DNA of 64,000 nucleotides from an uncultured Gemmataceae bacterium (lineage in GTDB: Bacteria > Planctomycetota > Planctomycetia > Gemmatales > Gemmataceae): positions 480,001 to 544,000 of the forward strand of contig CAVVPN010000011.1 of NCBI GenBank assembly GCA_963750165.1, read 5' to 3'. Shown one piece after another: positions 20,029 through 30,960 of this stretch. The notes under the pieces were generated by a model. That model was not told where the DNA came from and did no database searches. It saw only the letters and a list, made by a program, of their open reading frames with translations. How positions within the stretch are numbered: position 1 is the first letter of the stretch; every line of letters begins with the position of its first letter. Made by a program: the position numbers and the translations under genes.

Positions 20029-20817
20029 CTATAATTCGACAAACCCGGCCTGAGCAAAGCAGCGCTCAACTGCTTCTGCCGCAACGGTAACGAAATCTGC
20101 CATCCGGGAATCGACTGGATGGTAACGAAGGTCGATCAGGTCGATTCGCAAATAGGAAACACCTTTTTTCAAAGTGGACATCCGGGCGAGGCACTGGGTT
20201 ATTCCTTCGATTTCAGCGTTCAGGCAAACAAGCGGAGCGTCGTTCGACTTGTCCAGGCGATTTCGGAAAACAACGGATCGATTTTCGAGCATCGGTTCCA
20301 TGCTGAGCTTAACCACAGCGAAATGTCCCGGGCATCCTGTTTGGCGAATGAATCGAATCTCTGCTTGATGCGGACGATTTACCGTCAAGCAAACCTGCCA
20401 CTGCTCGGCGTGCGACAGTTTGATTTCCGTTTCGGCGAGCCAACTGTGGGGGAAGGCGAATGGCGAAAACAGGGCCTCTCGGATTTGAGGGTCAATGCCT
20501 TGAAAAACCTCAAGGGCGACTGGATCATTCTGCGGGAACCGATGAATAAACGATGCCCAAATGGCGCTTTGAACGAAAATGTCGCACTGCTCGTCCAGTT
20601 CGAGCAGTCGTTTCGTAAATCGAAAACACTTCACCACCGTGGGAACGTCGCGAGCATTGATCGCCTGGCTGGTATAGTCAAAAACCACGCGCATCAACCG
20701 ATGGGGATCGATAACCGCGCTTTCTCCGAACGAATCCTGTAAAAACGGGAACTCTGCGACGAGAAGCGATCGAAGCTCCTCGGCATGGATACTCGGATTC
20801 CGATGATGGATGGTCAT
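20029..20817 (-). CDS. Helical N-terminal domain fused to an EF-G domain IV-like module
   Basis: RFIRQTGCPGHFAVVKLSMEP...LRIDLIDLRYHPVDSRMADF resembles EF-G KxxKQSGGxGQ(F/Y)..V....EP...GSYHxVDSSE.AF; visibly lower GC than flanks. Confidence 0.65.
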   Translation of the reverse strand: MTIHHRNPSIHAEELRSLLVAEFPFLQDSFGESAVIDPHRLMRVVFDYTSQAINARDVPTVVKCFRFTKRLLELDEQCDIFVQSAIWASFIHRFPQNDPVALEVFQGIDPQIREALFSPFAFPHSWLAETEIKLSHAEQWQVCLTVNRPHQAEIRFIRQTGCPGHFAVVKLSMEPMLENRSVVFRNRLDKSNDAPLVCLNAEIEGITQCLARMSTLKKGVSYLRIDLIDLRYHPVDSRMADFVTVAAEAVERCFAQAGFVEL

Positions 20818-20882
20818 CTTGCCGTAGTTGTTAAATCGCCACAGAATCGGGTGTCACCACCCTGTCGAGCGGCGTCAGGTAC

Positions 20883-21154
20883 TCATACTGTTCCGCTTCG
20901 CGCATCTCGCTCGTACCGGATACGCTCATCCAGCCAACGCTTTATCAAAACTTGATGACTGATGCCGGCTCGGTCGGCAAACTCCTTAAGGATTGCCATC
21001 ATATGACAGGGGAGTTGGATAATGAGTGTGGTCGATTCCTTGCGCGCGGAACCGCATCCGGCGTATCCTTCCAGCCAGCAGGCGTCACTTGCCGGCTGTC
21101 CCAGCCCTTCGCCTCCTCAGCCAATTCTTCGTCAGTCGCTCGTTTTTCGATCAT
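20883..21154 (-). CDS. CopG/BrnA-like RHH antitoxin; one frameshift; not in the ORF track
   Basis: MIEKRATDEELAEEAKGWD...VPRA/KESTTLIIQLPCHMMAILKEFADRAGISHQVLIKRWLDERI; TAAGGTG RBS just after the hemF stop. Confidence 0.6.
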
Positions 21155-21162
21155 TTTACACC

Positions 21163-22062
21163 TTATTCAGATTCCGCCGCCCAGTCACGCGGCTTCAGGT
21201 ACTCGTACAGCTCCGCCTCGCGCGACCCCGGCTCCGGCCGGTAATCGTACAGGAAGCGCACCACCGGTGGCAGCGACATCAAAATCGACTCCGTCCGCCC
21301 GCCCGTCTTCAGGCCGAACAGCGTGCCGCGGTCGTAGATCAGGTTGAACTCCACGTAACGACCGCGGCGGAACTCCTGCCACGCCCGCTCGCGCTCGCCG
21401 TAGGACAGATCCTTGCGCCGCCGCGCGATCGGCAGGTACGACTCCAGAAAATGGTCGCCGCAGTCGCGCACGAACGCAAACAGCGCCTCCAGGTCGCCCT
21501 GCAGATAGTCGAAGAAGATGCCGCCGACGCCGCGCGGTTCGCCTCGGTGCTGCAGGAAGAAATACTCGTCGCACCACTGCTTCAACTTCGGATAATCGAC
21601 CACCGCCGTGTGCCGCTGACATACGTCGCGCCAGACACGATGGAAGTGGATCACGTCCTCGCGGAAGGGGTAGTACGGCGTCAGGTCGGCGCCGCCGCCG
21701 AACCAGCGGCGGTCGCCCTTTGTCAGAAAGCGCCAGTTGGCGTGGACGGTCGGCACCAGCGGGTTGCGCGGATGCAGCACCAGCGAGACGCCCGCGGCGG
21801 TGAAGTCGCGGCCCTCGCCCGGGACCTGCTTCGCGAACTCCTCGGACATGGTGCCGAAGACCTCGGAGAAGTTGACGCCCGCCTTCTCGAAGACGCCGCC
21901 GTCGGTCAGCACGCGCGACCGGCCGCCGCCGCCGCCCGGCCGCTGCCAGGCGTCCTCGCGGAAACGACCGCGGCCGTCCAGTTCCTCCAGGCCGGCGCAG
22001 ATGCGGTCCTGCAGGTCGCGGAGGTACTGGGCGGCGCGGGAGTTCAGGTCGTCGGTCGGCAT
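21163..22062 (-). CDS. hemF: Oxygen-dependent coproporphyrinogen III oxidase
   Basis: [68 protein letters not shown]. Confidence 0.97.
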   Translation of the reverse strand: MPTDDLNSRAAQYLRDLQDRICAGLEELDGRGRFREDAWQRPGGGGGRSRVLTDGGVFEKAGVNFSEVFGTMSEEFAKQVPGEGRDFTAAGVSLVLHPRNPLVPTVHANWRFLTKGDRRWFGGGADLTPYYPFREDVIHFHRVWRDVCQRHTAVVDYPKLKQWCDEYFFLQHRGEPRGVGGIFFDYLQGDLEALFAFVRDCGDHFLESYLPIARRRKDLSYGERERAWQEFRRGRYVEFNLIYDRGTLFGLKTGGRTESILMSLPPVVRFLYDYRPEPGSREAELYEYLKPRDWAAESE

Positions 22063-22095
22063 TGTCAGCTACCATGCGGAAACGGCAATCATTAT

Positions 22096-22153
22096 CGAGC
22101 GGGGTTGCGTCAGCGCCCCGTGCGCGCACGGGGCGCTGACGCGACCCCGCTCG
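22096..22153. repeat. REP-like palindrome, family A
   Basis: CGAGCGGGGTTGCGTCAGCGCCCCGTG..CACGGGGCGCTGACGCGACCCCGCTCG; near-identical to 57111-57170. Confidence 0.85.
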
Positions 22154-22257
22154 CCGGCAGGACAGCGGTAGTATACCAACGCCAGTTGCTCTAGGAAGCG
22201 ATTTCCCCAGACCGTACAATGCCCCGTCGGAACGCGCCGGTCCACGGAGGGATCGCC

Positions 22258-23271
22258 ATGCCCGAGAGTGCCAGCAATCTGGTCGTAGAAACCTACAAGC
22301 TGACCAAGATTTACCAGAATCGCCAGATCGCCCTGAACGATGTGACGCTGCGCCTCGAACCGGGTTGCGTCCTCGGCCTGCTCGGCGCCAACGGCGCCGG
22401 CAAGACCACCCTGCTGCGCCTCATCCTCGGCCTGCATCGTCCCACCGCCGGCTGGGTCAAGGTCTTCGACCAGAAGATGACGCCCAACGCCGCCCACCTG
22501 CGCTGCCGCATCGGCTACATCCCCACTAACCCGCAGTTCCCGCGCGGCATGACGCCGATCACGTACCTCGACTACATCGCCCGGCTGTTCGGCATCCCCG
22601 CCGGCGTGCGCAAGTCGCGGCTGGCGTCGCTGATCCGCGCCGTCGATCTGCTGCACGCCTCCGGCGACCGCATCGACGGCTTCTCCAACGGCATGACCGC
22701 CCGCCTGGCTGTGGCCACCAGCCTCATCAACGAGCCGGACCTGCTCATCTGGGACGAGCCGACGCACGGCCTCGACCCGGAAGCCCGACGGAGCATGCTC
22801 GAACTCATCAAGACGCTGGCGCGCGAAAAGACACTGATCGTCTCCAGCCACAACCTGGGCGACATCGACGAGGTGTGCAACCACGCCGCGGTGCTGAGTC
22901 GCGGCCACCTGATCTATTACGGCAGTTTGCAAGATTTGAAGGGCCGGATGCGCCGCAACCATTTCGAGCTGGACCTGGAAGGCGATCAGAAGTCGATCAC
23001 CAAGGCGGCGCAGACGATCAAGGGCATGGCAGAGTTCAAGTCGGTACTTGGCCGGCAGCGGCGGTTGGAGTTGGTGCTGCACGAGGAGGCGAACAACACC
23101 GCGGCGCTGGCGAACGTGTTCATGACGCTGGCGGACAACAAGATAACGCTGGTGAGCATCCGCAGCGTCGGCCAGCAGACGGAGCAGGCGTTCCTCGACC
23201 TGGTGGTCAAGGAGGAGTCGCGCGGTTTCGCCCGGGCGTACTCGGCGCCGACGGACTCGGAAGCGGCTTGA
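22258..23271 (+). CDS. ABC-2 type transporter ATP-binding protein
   Basis: GANGAGKT, FSNGM, LIWDEPTHGLDP, SSH. Confidence 0.92.
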   Translation: MPESASNLVVETYKLTKIYQNRQIALNDVTLRLEPGCVLGLLGANGAGKTTLLRLILGLHRPTAGWVKVFDQKMTPNAAHLRCRIGYIPTNPQFPRGMTPITYLDYIARLFGIPAGVRKSRLASLIRAVDLLHASGDRIDGFSNGMTARLAVATSLINEPDLLIWDEPTHGLDPEARRSMLELIKTLAREKTLIVSSHNLGDIDEVCNHAAVLSRGHLIYYGSLQDLKGRMRRNHFELDLEGDQKSITKAAQTIKGMAEFKSVLGRQRRLELVLHEEANNTAALANVFMTLADNKITLVSIRSVGQQTEQAFLDLVVKEESRGFARAYSAPTDSEAA

Positions 23272-23282
23272 TGAAAAAGGAT

Positions 23283-23377
23283 TTCACCACGGAGCACGCG
23301 GAGCGCGCGGAGAGAAGACAAAAGTTGTTTCAATTCTTTTGTCTTCTCTCCGCGCGCTCCGCGTGCTCCGTGGTGAA
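23283..23377. repeat. Long palindrome with 9-mer periodic arms (CGCGGAGnn)
   Basis: TTCACCACGGAGCACGCGGAGCGCGCGGAGAGAAGACAAAAG-loop-complement; between co-oriented ABC genes. Confidence 0.9.
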
Positions 23378-23395
23378 TATTATTTGGAGAATGGC

Positions 23396-24169
23396 ATGGA
23401 CGCCACCCCCGCGAAGCGCCTCCGCGTCAATCGCCTGCTGCCCTACTGGGCGGTCTTTCAGGCGGACTTCCGGCACACGCTCACCAGCTGGGTCTATCGC
23501 GTCTGGGTGCTGCTGTCGCTGTTCGCGGCGGTCGGCTGCCTGTTGTACCGCTTCGGCGCCTACCGCGTCGCCGGCATGGTGCAGCCCGCCTCAGAGCTGG
23601 TCAGCGACCTGATGCACTGGACCGTCCTCGGCAGCGTCACGCTCATCATCGTGCTGACGGGCGGCTGCATTTCGTCGGAGCGCGGCAACCTGGCCGACTC
23701 CATCCTCAGTCGCGGCATCAGTCGCCGGCAGTATTTCCTGGGCAAATGGCACGCCCGCCTGGCCGCGATCCTCGGCACGTTTTTCGTGCTCGGCGTCGCG
23801 GTGCTGGTCAGCAGCATGTTGCTGCTGCGCGATGAGAACCTCGACTGGAAAGGCAGTGCCCTGGCGCTGGCAACGGTGGCGGGACTGCTGGCCATCGTCA
23901 TCAGCTGCGGCGTGACCATCAGCGCCGTGTCCAACAGCACGGTGATGGGCATTGGTGCGCTGTGGCTGGTGATGTACGGCACGGGCTTTTTGCTGTCGCT
24001 GCTGCCGGCGGACTACCCGTCGCCGGACCGGGCCTTGCACAACCTGCCGCACATTCTGCGTGGGATGTACGATCCGTTCACGGTGGGCCGGCTGATTGTC
24101 GGGTCGGTGTCGGTGTCCGTGCTGGTCGCTGTCGTGGGGCTGGTGTGCTTTTCCCGGCGAGATGTCTGA
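23396..24169 (+). CDS. ABC-2 type transporter permease
   Basis: About six TM segments, ISSERG, GISRRQYFLGK, terminal FSRRDV. Confidence 0.88.
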   Translation: MDATPAKRLRVNRLLPYWAVFQADFRHTLTSWVYRVWVLLSLFAAVGCLLYRFGAYRVAGMVQPASELVSDLMHWTVLGSVTLIIVLTGGCISSERGNLADSILSRGISRRQYFLGKWHARLAAILGTFFVLGVAVLVSSMLLLRDENLDWKGSALALATVAGLLAIVISCGVTISAVSNSTVMGIGALWLVMYGTGFLLSLLPADYPSPDRALHNLPHILRGMYDPFTVGRLIVGSVSVSVLVAVVGLVCFSRRDV

Positions 24170-24187
24170 GGCAGGTCGTTGCGATTC

Positions 24188-24390
24188 TCAGGACTTTTGC
24201 TGACCGCTGCCCGGCTGATACACGCGGCGACCGTCCTGATAGCCGGTGATGTAGCCGTTGCCGTCCGTCTGGCCGTTGGCCAGGTCGCTCGCTTCCGGGC
24301 GCGGGCGCTCAGGGCACTGTACAGTTCCGATGTCTTCAGACCGGCCTTGCGACCGCGGTTGATGAGGGTTTGATAATCTGTGTGACTCAT
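24188..24390 (-). CDS. Small hypothetical protein (~67 aa); one frameshift
   Basis: GGGAG RBS; MSHTDYQTLINRGRKAGLKTSELYSALSA/RPEASDLANGQTDGNGYITGYQDGRRVYQP. Confidence 0.6.
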
Positions 24391-24468
24391 GGTGCGTTGC
24401 TCCCGGGCGATGCCTTGCCCCTGGTTGAATAATACTCTTTTTCGGGACAGAAAGGCGGGAAACTTGAT

Positions 24469-24484
24469 CGCATTTCCCATGCCG
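24469..24484 (-). promoter_or_regulatory. Possible sigma-54 promoter
   Basis: Minus strand CGGCATGGGAAATGCG (GG-N10-GC) about 80 nt upstream of the small gene. Confidence 0.4.
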
Positions 24485-24657
24485 CGACTTGAAGGAATCC
24501 GCGGATTCCCGACATCTTCTTTTATCTCCTTGCAAACAAAGCGGTTTGGTCGATTCCATCCGCAGTCGTGGGCGCACCGCGGCGCGCAACCGTTGCGGAA
24601 CTCTGCAACAGAGTGTTCATAAACCCTTACAGTTGCTGTACTTTTTTGGGACACCCG

Positions 24658-25578
24658 TCAGCCGAGGTGGTTCATGGGTGTGGCCTGGCGCAGTGCGGCG
24701 ATGCTGGCCCGTGTGGCCTGCTCGACGACGGCTTCCCAGTCGGGGTCGGCGGGTGCAAACGAGCCGATGATGCCACGGGAATTGTTGACGACCGCGCCAG
24801 TGCCGTCCGGGCGGAAGGCGGCGGCGGTGTCGGCGGCGCTGCCGCCCTGGGCGCCGTAACCCGGCACCAGGAAAAGCACGTCCGGCAGCAGTTGGCGCAC
24901 CACCGCCAGCTCCGCCGGGTGTGTAGCGCCGACGACGGCACCCACGTCCCCCAGACCGCAAGCGCCCCGGTGCTCCGCCGCCCAGGCGCCGACTGCCGCG
25001 GCGACGTGCTGGTAGAGCGGTTTGCCGTCGCAGAGCAAATCTTGAAAAAGACTGGCGCCGCGGTTGCTGGTGCGGACGAGGACGAAGACGCCGCGACCGT
25101 CCAGGCGGGCGCTGCGCAGAAAGGGCTCGACGGCATCGCGGCCAAGGTAGGGGTTGATGGTCAGGGCGTCAGCGTCCCAGACGGGCAGCGGGGGGCCGCC
25201 GTGGCGCACGCCAGCGAAGGCGGCGTCGGCATACGCGACTGCGGTGTCGGCGATGTCGTTGCGCTTGCCGTCGAGGATGGTGAGCACGCCTCGTGCGCGG
25301 GCTCGGCGCAGGACGCGCTGCAGCGCGGTCAGTCCGGCGGGGCCACACGCCTCGAAGAAGGCGCACTGCGGCTTCACCACCGGCACCAGCGGCGCGACCA
25401 CATCCAGGATGCGTAGTGCGAACTCCTCAAAGGCGGCGGCGACGGCATCCAGGGTGGCATTGCCGTGGCGGCGGCGCAGTTCGTCCGGCAACAGATCCCA
25501 GCGCGGGTCGAGGCCGACGCACAAAGCGTTGCCGCGCTGGCGGCTCAGGGCGGTCAGGCGGTCGGCGAAGTGGTCGAT
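24658..25578 (-). CDS. pyrF: Orotidine-5'-phosphate decarboxylase
   Basis: LCVGLDP, KPQCAFFE, ILDGKRNDIADT, TINPYLG, LVRTSN, VVGAT, LVPGYGAQGG, NNSRGI; in-frame ATC 6 nt after CAGGAG is the apparent start. Confidence 0.95.
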   Translation of the reverse strand: MDHFADRLTALSRQRGNALCVGLDPRWDLLPDELRRRHGNATLDAVAAAFEEFALRILDVVAPLVPVVKPQCAFFEACGPAGLTALQRVLRRARARGVLTILDGKRNDIADTAVAYADAAFAGVRHGGPPLPVWDADALTINPYLGRDAVEPFLRSARLDGRGVFVLVRTSNRGASLFQDLLCDGKPLYQHVAAAVGAWAAEHRGACGLGDVGAVVGATHPAELAVVRQLLPDVLFLVPGYGAQGGSAADTAAAFRPDGTGAVVNNSRGIIGSFAPADPDWEAVVEQATRASIAALRQATPMNHLG

Positions 25579-25727
25579 GGCAGACTCCTGACCAGACAGA
25601 AAGCGAAGGCGAACCGGACCTTCGGGCCAATTCCAGAAATAGTTTACCTGCCGTCGTCTGTGGCGTCCATGAGAGCGGTCCCAACGAACGTAGCGATGAC
25701 GGAGAGACCTGGTGATTTTGTGGAAGC

Positions 25728-25795
25728 GCTTGAACTATGTCTGAGAGGTGGGTAAAAAAACTGCCCGTCACGGATTGTGGGGCGGGCAGGTTTTT
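25728..25795 (+). promoter_or_regulatory. Putative pyrimidine attenuator in the pyrB leader (PyrR-like loop plus intrinsic terminator)
   Basis: CTTGAA..GTCTGAGAGG, then A7-CTGCCCG..CGGGCAGG-TTTTT ending 44 nt before the pyrB ATG. Confidence 0.45.
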
Positions 25796-25839
25796 CGGCC
25801 CCGTCCCCGGTGCGCCGCAGGCTCCGTTGGAGAACCCCG

Positions 25840-26799
<960 letters not shown>

Positions 26800-27163
26800 C
26801 CCGGCCGCGGGCCCCGCACTTTTTTCACCCGACTCTCACCAGTTTCTCATTTTCTCGTATTACCATAAGTTTATATTTATTCAGGCACCCGCCCCGATCC
26901 CACTGCACCACTCCTCTCCACCCGGTTCGTCATCCAACCGCCCGAAGTCCACCACCCTGCCGCCCCACGCGAGGAGTCCGCCACATGGTTTCTCTGAGTT
27001 TTCTCATCCTCAACTCATCCGACTCTCATCTTCGGGCGTTAATATAAAACACAACTTATACTTCCCCAGACCTCTTTCTGGGGAGAATGTGCATCCCGAT
27101 GTTTCCGGGAATTATCCCGTCTGCATCCCTTGGTCGCGTGGAAGCACCTTGGAGTAACTGCTT

Positions 27164-28195
27164 ATGTCCATCCTCTGGATGGACCCCACCCTGGCTGTGC
27201 TCTGCACGGTCGGGATTGGTGGTTCCGCGCTCGGGTTGTTCGGATTGCTGCGTTCCAAACCTCTGGGCGGGTTCTGGCGCGTGGCGGCAGTCACGTTGGC
27301 GGTGCTGGCGGTTGGACTGGCCGCCCGGGCGGCATGGCTCGGACAGGCGGCCGGCTTCTGGGCGCCGCCGCTGGCCCTGGCCGGAGTGTGTCTGGCGTTT
27401 CGGTTCGTGCGCAGCGCGGCGGCTGGCCGGCTGGCCGGCTGGCTGGGCGTCGGCCTCCGCTCCCACCGCTGTCAGGCGACGGGCCTGCTGCTGGGCAGTT
27501 TCGCCTTCGCGGGCTGGTGGACCGTGTGGATCACGGACGTGCCGGAACCTCCTGGGCTCGAACAGGCTCTGGAACTGCTAACCGACGACTGGGGCCTCTC
27601 CCTGGAAGAATTGTCGCCGGGCCTGGCGTGGACCGACGAGGGCCGCCCGCTCCGCCTGCACGCCTCCAGGAACCCGCTGCCGGTCACCGAGGAGTTGCGC
27701 GCCAAGCAGAGCGCCATCCTGCGCCGCTTCAACCTTCAGGAGCGTGTCATCGCGCTGCCCAACGCGGACCAGAATTGCAACTGTCACGGCTGGGCGTTCA
27801 CCGGCGGCCGCTACTGGGTTTCTCCGGGCGACGTGGAACACCTGCTGCGCGACAACGGCTACCAGATCGTCTCGCAGCCCCAGGCCGGCGACCTGGTGGT
27901 TTACCGCGCGGCCGACGGCGGCAAGATCATCCACACTGGCGTGGTGCGCCTGGCAAACGAGGGCCTGCTGCTGGTCGAGAGCAAGTGGGGCGCCATGGGC
28001 CGCTTCCTGCACCCCCATGACGCTCATTGTTACGGCGAGCCCGAGTGTCAGTTCTATCGCAGCCGCCGCCCCGGCCACCTGGTCCGCGGCCTGCCCGGCA
28101 CCCCGGGCGCCACCGCCCCGGCCGTCGCCACCGCCCCCCAGAACCCCCCTGCTCAGTGGCAGACGCCGTCCGCCGTGGAGACCGCGACGGACTGA
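27164..28195 (+). CDS. Membrane protein with C-terminal papain-like (Cys-His) domain
   Basis: About four N-terminal TM helices; NCNCHGWAF, GDLVVY, IIHTGVV, VESKWG. Confidence 0.65.
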   Translation: MSILWMDPTLAVLCTVGIGGSALGLFGLLRSKPLGGFWRVAAVTLAVLAVGLAARAAWLGQAAGFWAPPLALAGVCLAFRFVRSAAAGRLAGWLGVGLRSHRCQATGLLLGSFAFAGWWTVWITDVPEPPGLEQALELLTDDWGLSLEELSPGLAWTDEGRPLRLHASRNPLPVTEELRAKQSAILRRFNLQERVIALPNADQNCNCHGWAFTGGRYWVSPGDVEHLLRDNGYQIVSQPQAGDLVVYRAADGGKIIHTGVVRLANEGLLLVESKWGAMGRFLHPHDAHCYGEPECQFYRSRRPGHLVRGLPGTPGATAPAVATAPQNPPAQWQTPSAVETATD

Positions 28196-28200
28196 GTGCT

Positions 28201-28243
28201 GAGCCCGAAGCGCCAGCGCGGGATCTCGCGCTGGCGCCTCGGC
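28201..28243. repeat. REP-like palindrome, family B
   Basis: GAGCCCGAAGCGCCAGCGCGGGATCTCGCGCTGGCGCCTCGGC between convergent genes. Confidence 0.6.
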
Positions 28244-28267
28244 CTTAAGGTTTTGTCCGCCGACTTC

Positions 28268-29188
28268 CTAGAACCGCACCCCGAAGTTGAACAGCAAGTT
28301 GATGCCCTGCACGTCGGCGTCGCTGCCCTGGAGGATGTCGCTCCAGGTGTAGTCCCACTCGGCCCGCACGCCGACGTAGTAGGTGCAGCAACCGCAGGGG
28401 ATTTCGAGGTCGGTGTGGACCGCCGCCCAGACGCCGGCGATCGTGTCGGTGCGGTGGCGGATCTCGTTGAAGTCGGCCATCTCGCTACCGTAGCGGCCGC
28501 CCCCGTCGAATCCCACCCGCCAGTTCAACGTGCCGCAGCCGGCGGAGCCACACAAATAATATTCGCGGCCGGCGCCCAGGTTCAGGAAGGTCCGGTTCAG
28601 GGAGCGGATGGTCACGCCCGGCAGGTTGCCGGTGCCGAAGTTGGCCCGCGTCGGGTTCGTCTGCCCCGCCGCCGGCGGCACCAGGATGCTCAGCGGCACC
28701 TGGATGTCCGGCTGCGACGCATGGTTCCAGGTGCTGCTGATGCCCAGCTCCAGCGTCCACGCCTGCGTGTTCTCCGGGTTGAAGAACAGGCTGCGGCCGC
28801 CCGCGCCCACCATGACGCCGGTTTGCAGCGACCGGGCCATGGGGCCACCGCCGAACGGGATCGCGGCGCCGACGCGGCCGAACAGCTCCCGCCGGATGGG
28901 GCCGTCGCCGCCGAACGGCCCCAGGCAGCAGGGCGCGAACGTGTGGCCCAGAATCCACTGCGACAGCGTCCCGGGCCGATCCAGCGTCGGCGGCTTCTGG
29001 CTCGGGTCATCCGCCGGGCCGAACTGGTTGTTCGGTTCGTCGAGTGGGTTGTTCGGTGTGTACGGCGGTTGGCCCATGCTCGGCCCGAAGTTCGGGGTCG
29101 TCGTCGAGTACGGCGCCTGGCCTCGGGCCACCCCGGAGCCCAGGACAGCCACCAGCAGCGCGGAGCACAGGACAGACTTGGCGCTCAT
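28268..29188 (-). CDS. Secreted protein, probable outer-membrane beta-barrel
   Basis: Signal peptide, alternating beta-strand pattern, C-terminal NLLFNFGVRF. Confidence 0.65.
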   Translation of the reverse strand: MSAKSVLCSALLVAVLGSGVARGQAPYSTTTPNFGPSMGQPPYTPNNPLDEPNNQFGPADDPSQKPPTLDRPGTLSQWILGHTFAPCCLGPFGGDGPIRRELFGRVGAAIPFGGGPMARSLQTGVMVGAGGRSLFFNPENTQAWTLELGISSTWNHASQPDIQVPLSILVPPAAGQTNPTRANFGTGNLPGVTIRSLNRTFLNLGAGREYYLCGSAGCGTLNWRVGFDGGGRYGSEMADFNEIRHRTDTIAGVWAAVHTDLEIPCGCCTYYVGVRAEWDYTWSDILQGSDADVQGINLLFNFGVRF

Positions 29189-29390
29189 GGGTCCCTCATT
29201 TCGCAGGAACAGTTGCCCGGCTTGAACTCGCCGACAATGCGATGGGTCAATCTATTCTTCGGACAGCGACTGCATCGGGTTTAGCAAAAACGCCGACTGC
29301 ACCGATCCTGAGGGGGCTACGCTTTGCGCGGGCGACCCGGACAGGTATGCTGGGAAGGAGGGGAAAACAATTTCAAGCAGGGGAGCGCTC

Positions 29391-30835
29391 TTGACGCAAG
29401 CTGTGGAATTGCGGGACTCGGACCTGGCGCGGCGCTTTCTGCTGCAAGGGCTCTGGCTGCAGCGGGTGTTGCCGCCGAGACCGGAGCGACTGCGGCCGGT
29501 CCTTGACTGGGCGCTGGAGATCGCGGGTTCCGGCCAACCACTGCCGCCGGTCGGGCTGGTCGCCGACCTGGGCCACCGCGCCCTGCGGCTCGACGAGGGT
29601 TCTCGGACACCGGGCCGCGCCGACGAGGTGCCCGGTCTGCCGCACGCCCTGACGCGCATGTACGAGGATTACGTCCTGGGCAAGGCGTTCGCCGACAGTT
29701 CCTTCGAGCGCGCCGGCGACGCCCTGCGCCGCTACGCCGTGGGCCGCGAGCAGGCGCGTGGCCTGGCGTTCCTGGTGAACCAGTTCAGCGCGCGCGCCGA
29801 CTTCGGCGGCGTGCTGCTGAGCCCCAACGTCATCAAGGCGCTGCAGCGCGAGGCCGCCGAGGCGCTGCTGGCCGAGGGTCGCTGGCAACTGCAGAACGAC
29901 GGGCCGCTGCCGTTGCTGGTCGAGTTGTACGCGGCGCTGGGCACGGCGGCCCGCTGGCTGGCGGAGATGCTTGGGCCGGAGGACGTGTTTGAACTGGAGC
30001 ACCGCACCGCCCTGGACGACCTGGGCCAGCGTGTCGCGTTGCGGCAGGTGCTGCGAACCGCCGAGCGCCTGGAGACCGCCCTGCCGCGGCACCGGCCACG
30101 GCCGCGCCTCGGCCGCCAGGAGGTGCCGACGCGCGTGCTCGATGAAGACACTTACCCCGTTGGCGGTTTCTCATCGCTCTCGACGCGCGGCAGTGTCGAG
30201 AGCCTGCTGCACTCGCAGCTGGCGTTCATGGAACCGGAGCGGCCCGACCTGTTCGACATCAAGTATCTGCGCGACGAGTTGCTGTACTACGCCCGGGACG
30301 AGAACCAGTTCCTGCGACGGCGGCGCACGTTCGTGCTGGCGCTGTGCCCGGACCTGGTGAAGGCCCGCTTCAAGGGGCCGGACGCGCCCTATCAGGCGAT
30401 CATTCTGGTGCTGGCTCTGGTCGTTGTGGCGGTGCGCAAATTGACCGAATGGCTCAGCAGCGATGCGTTGACGTTCGAGGTGGTGTTCGTGGCGGCGGAG
30501 GCGCCGGGGCCGTTGCAGGACGAGCGGCGCCTGCTGGAGACGCTGCTGCGCGAGCCGATCGCCAACGGCACATTGGTGCTGCGCACGGCGACGACGCTGG
30601 CCGAGGTGGCGGCTCTGTGTGCCGGGCGAGCGCGGCGGAGTCTGTGTCACTGCCTGACGATCACCACCGACCGCGCCCCGCTCCAGCCCCCGGATACGTG
30701 GGTGGTGGAACTGCGCTGAACGGCCCGACGCCGACGCTGGTTGGCACCGAACAGGAGGCGCCGGCGGTGGAGACCAACGACGGACTGCAGGACTGGTACA
30801 CGGCGACATGGTCGTTGCTGGAAGGATGGCTGTGA
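29391..30835 (+). CDS. Hypothetical protein, resembles MoxR/vWA-system associated proteins; frameshift near 30716
   Basis: EDTYPVGGFSSLSTRGSVESLLHSQL..DELLYYARDE; 3-prime end continues in ORF 30344-30835. Confidence 0.55.
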
Positions 30836-30869
30836 GACAGAAACGCTTCTTTTTACCGCTTGCGGCAGG

Positions 30870-30917
30870 AAAAAATGCTCCGAGCCGAGGACCCTTGCGG
30901 GCCCCCGGCTCGGGAGG
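30870..30917 (-). terminator. Intrinsic terminator for the Cys-rich gene
   Basis: Minus strand CCGAGCCGGGGGCCC-GCAA-GGGTCCTCGGCTCGG followed by TTTTTT. Confidence 0.7.
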
Positions 30918-30960
30918 TTACCGGCGGGGTTCCCGAAGAACCCCGAGCCGATGAGGACGG

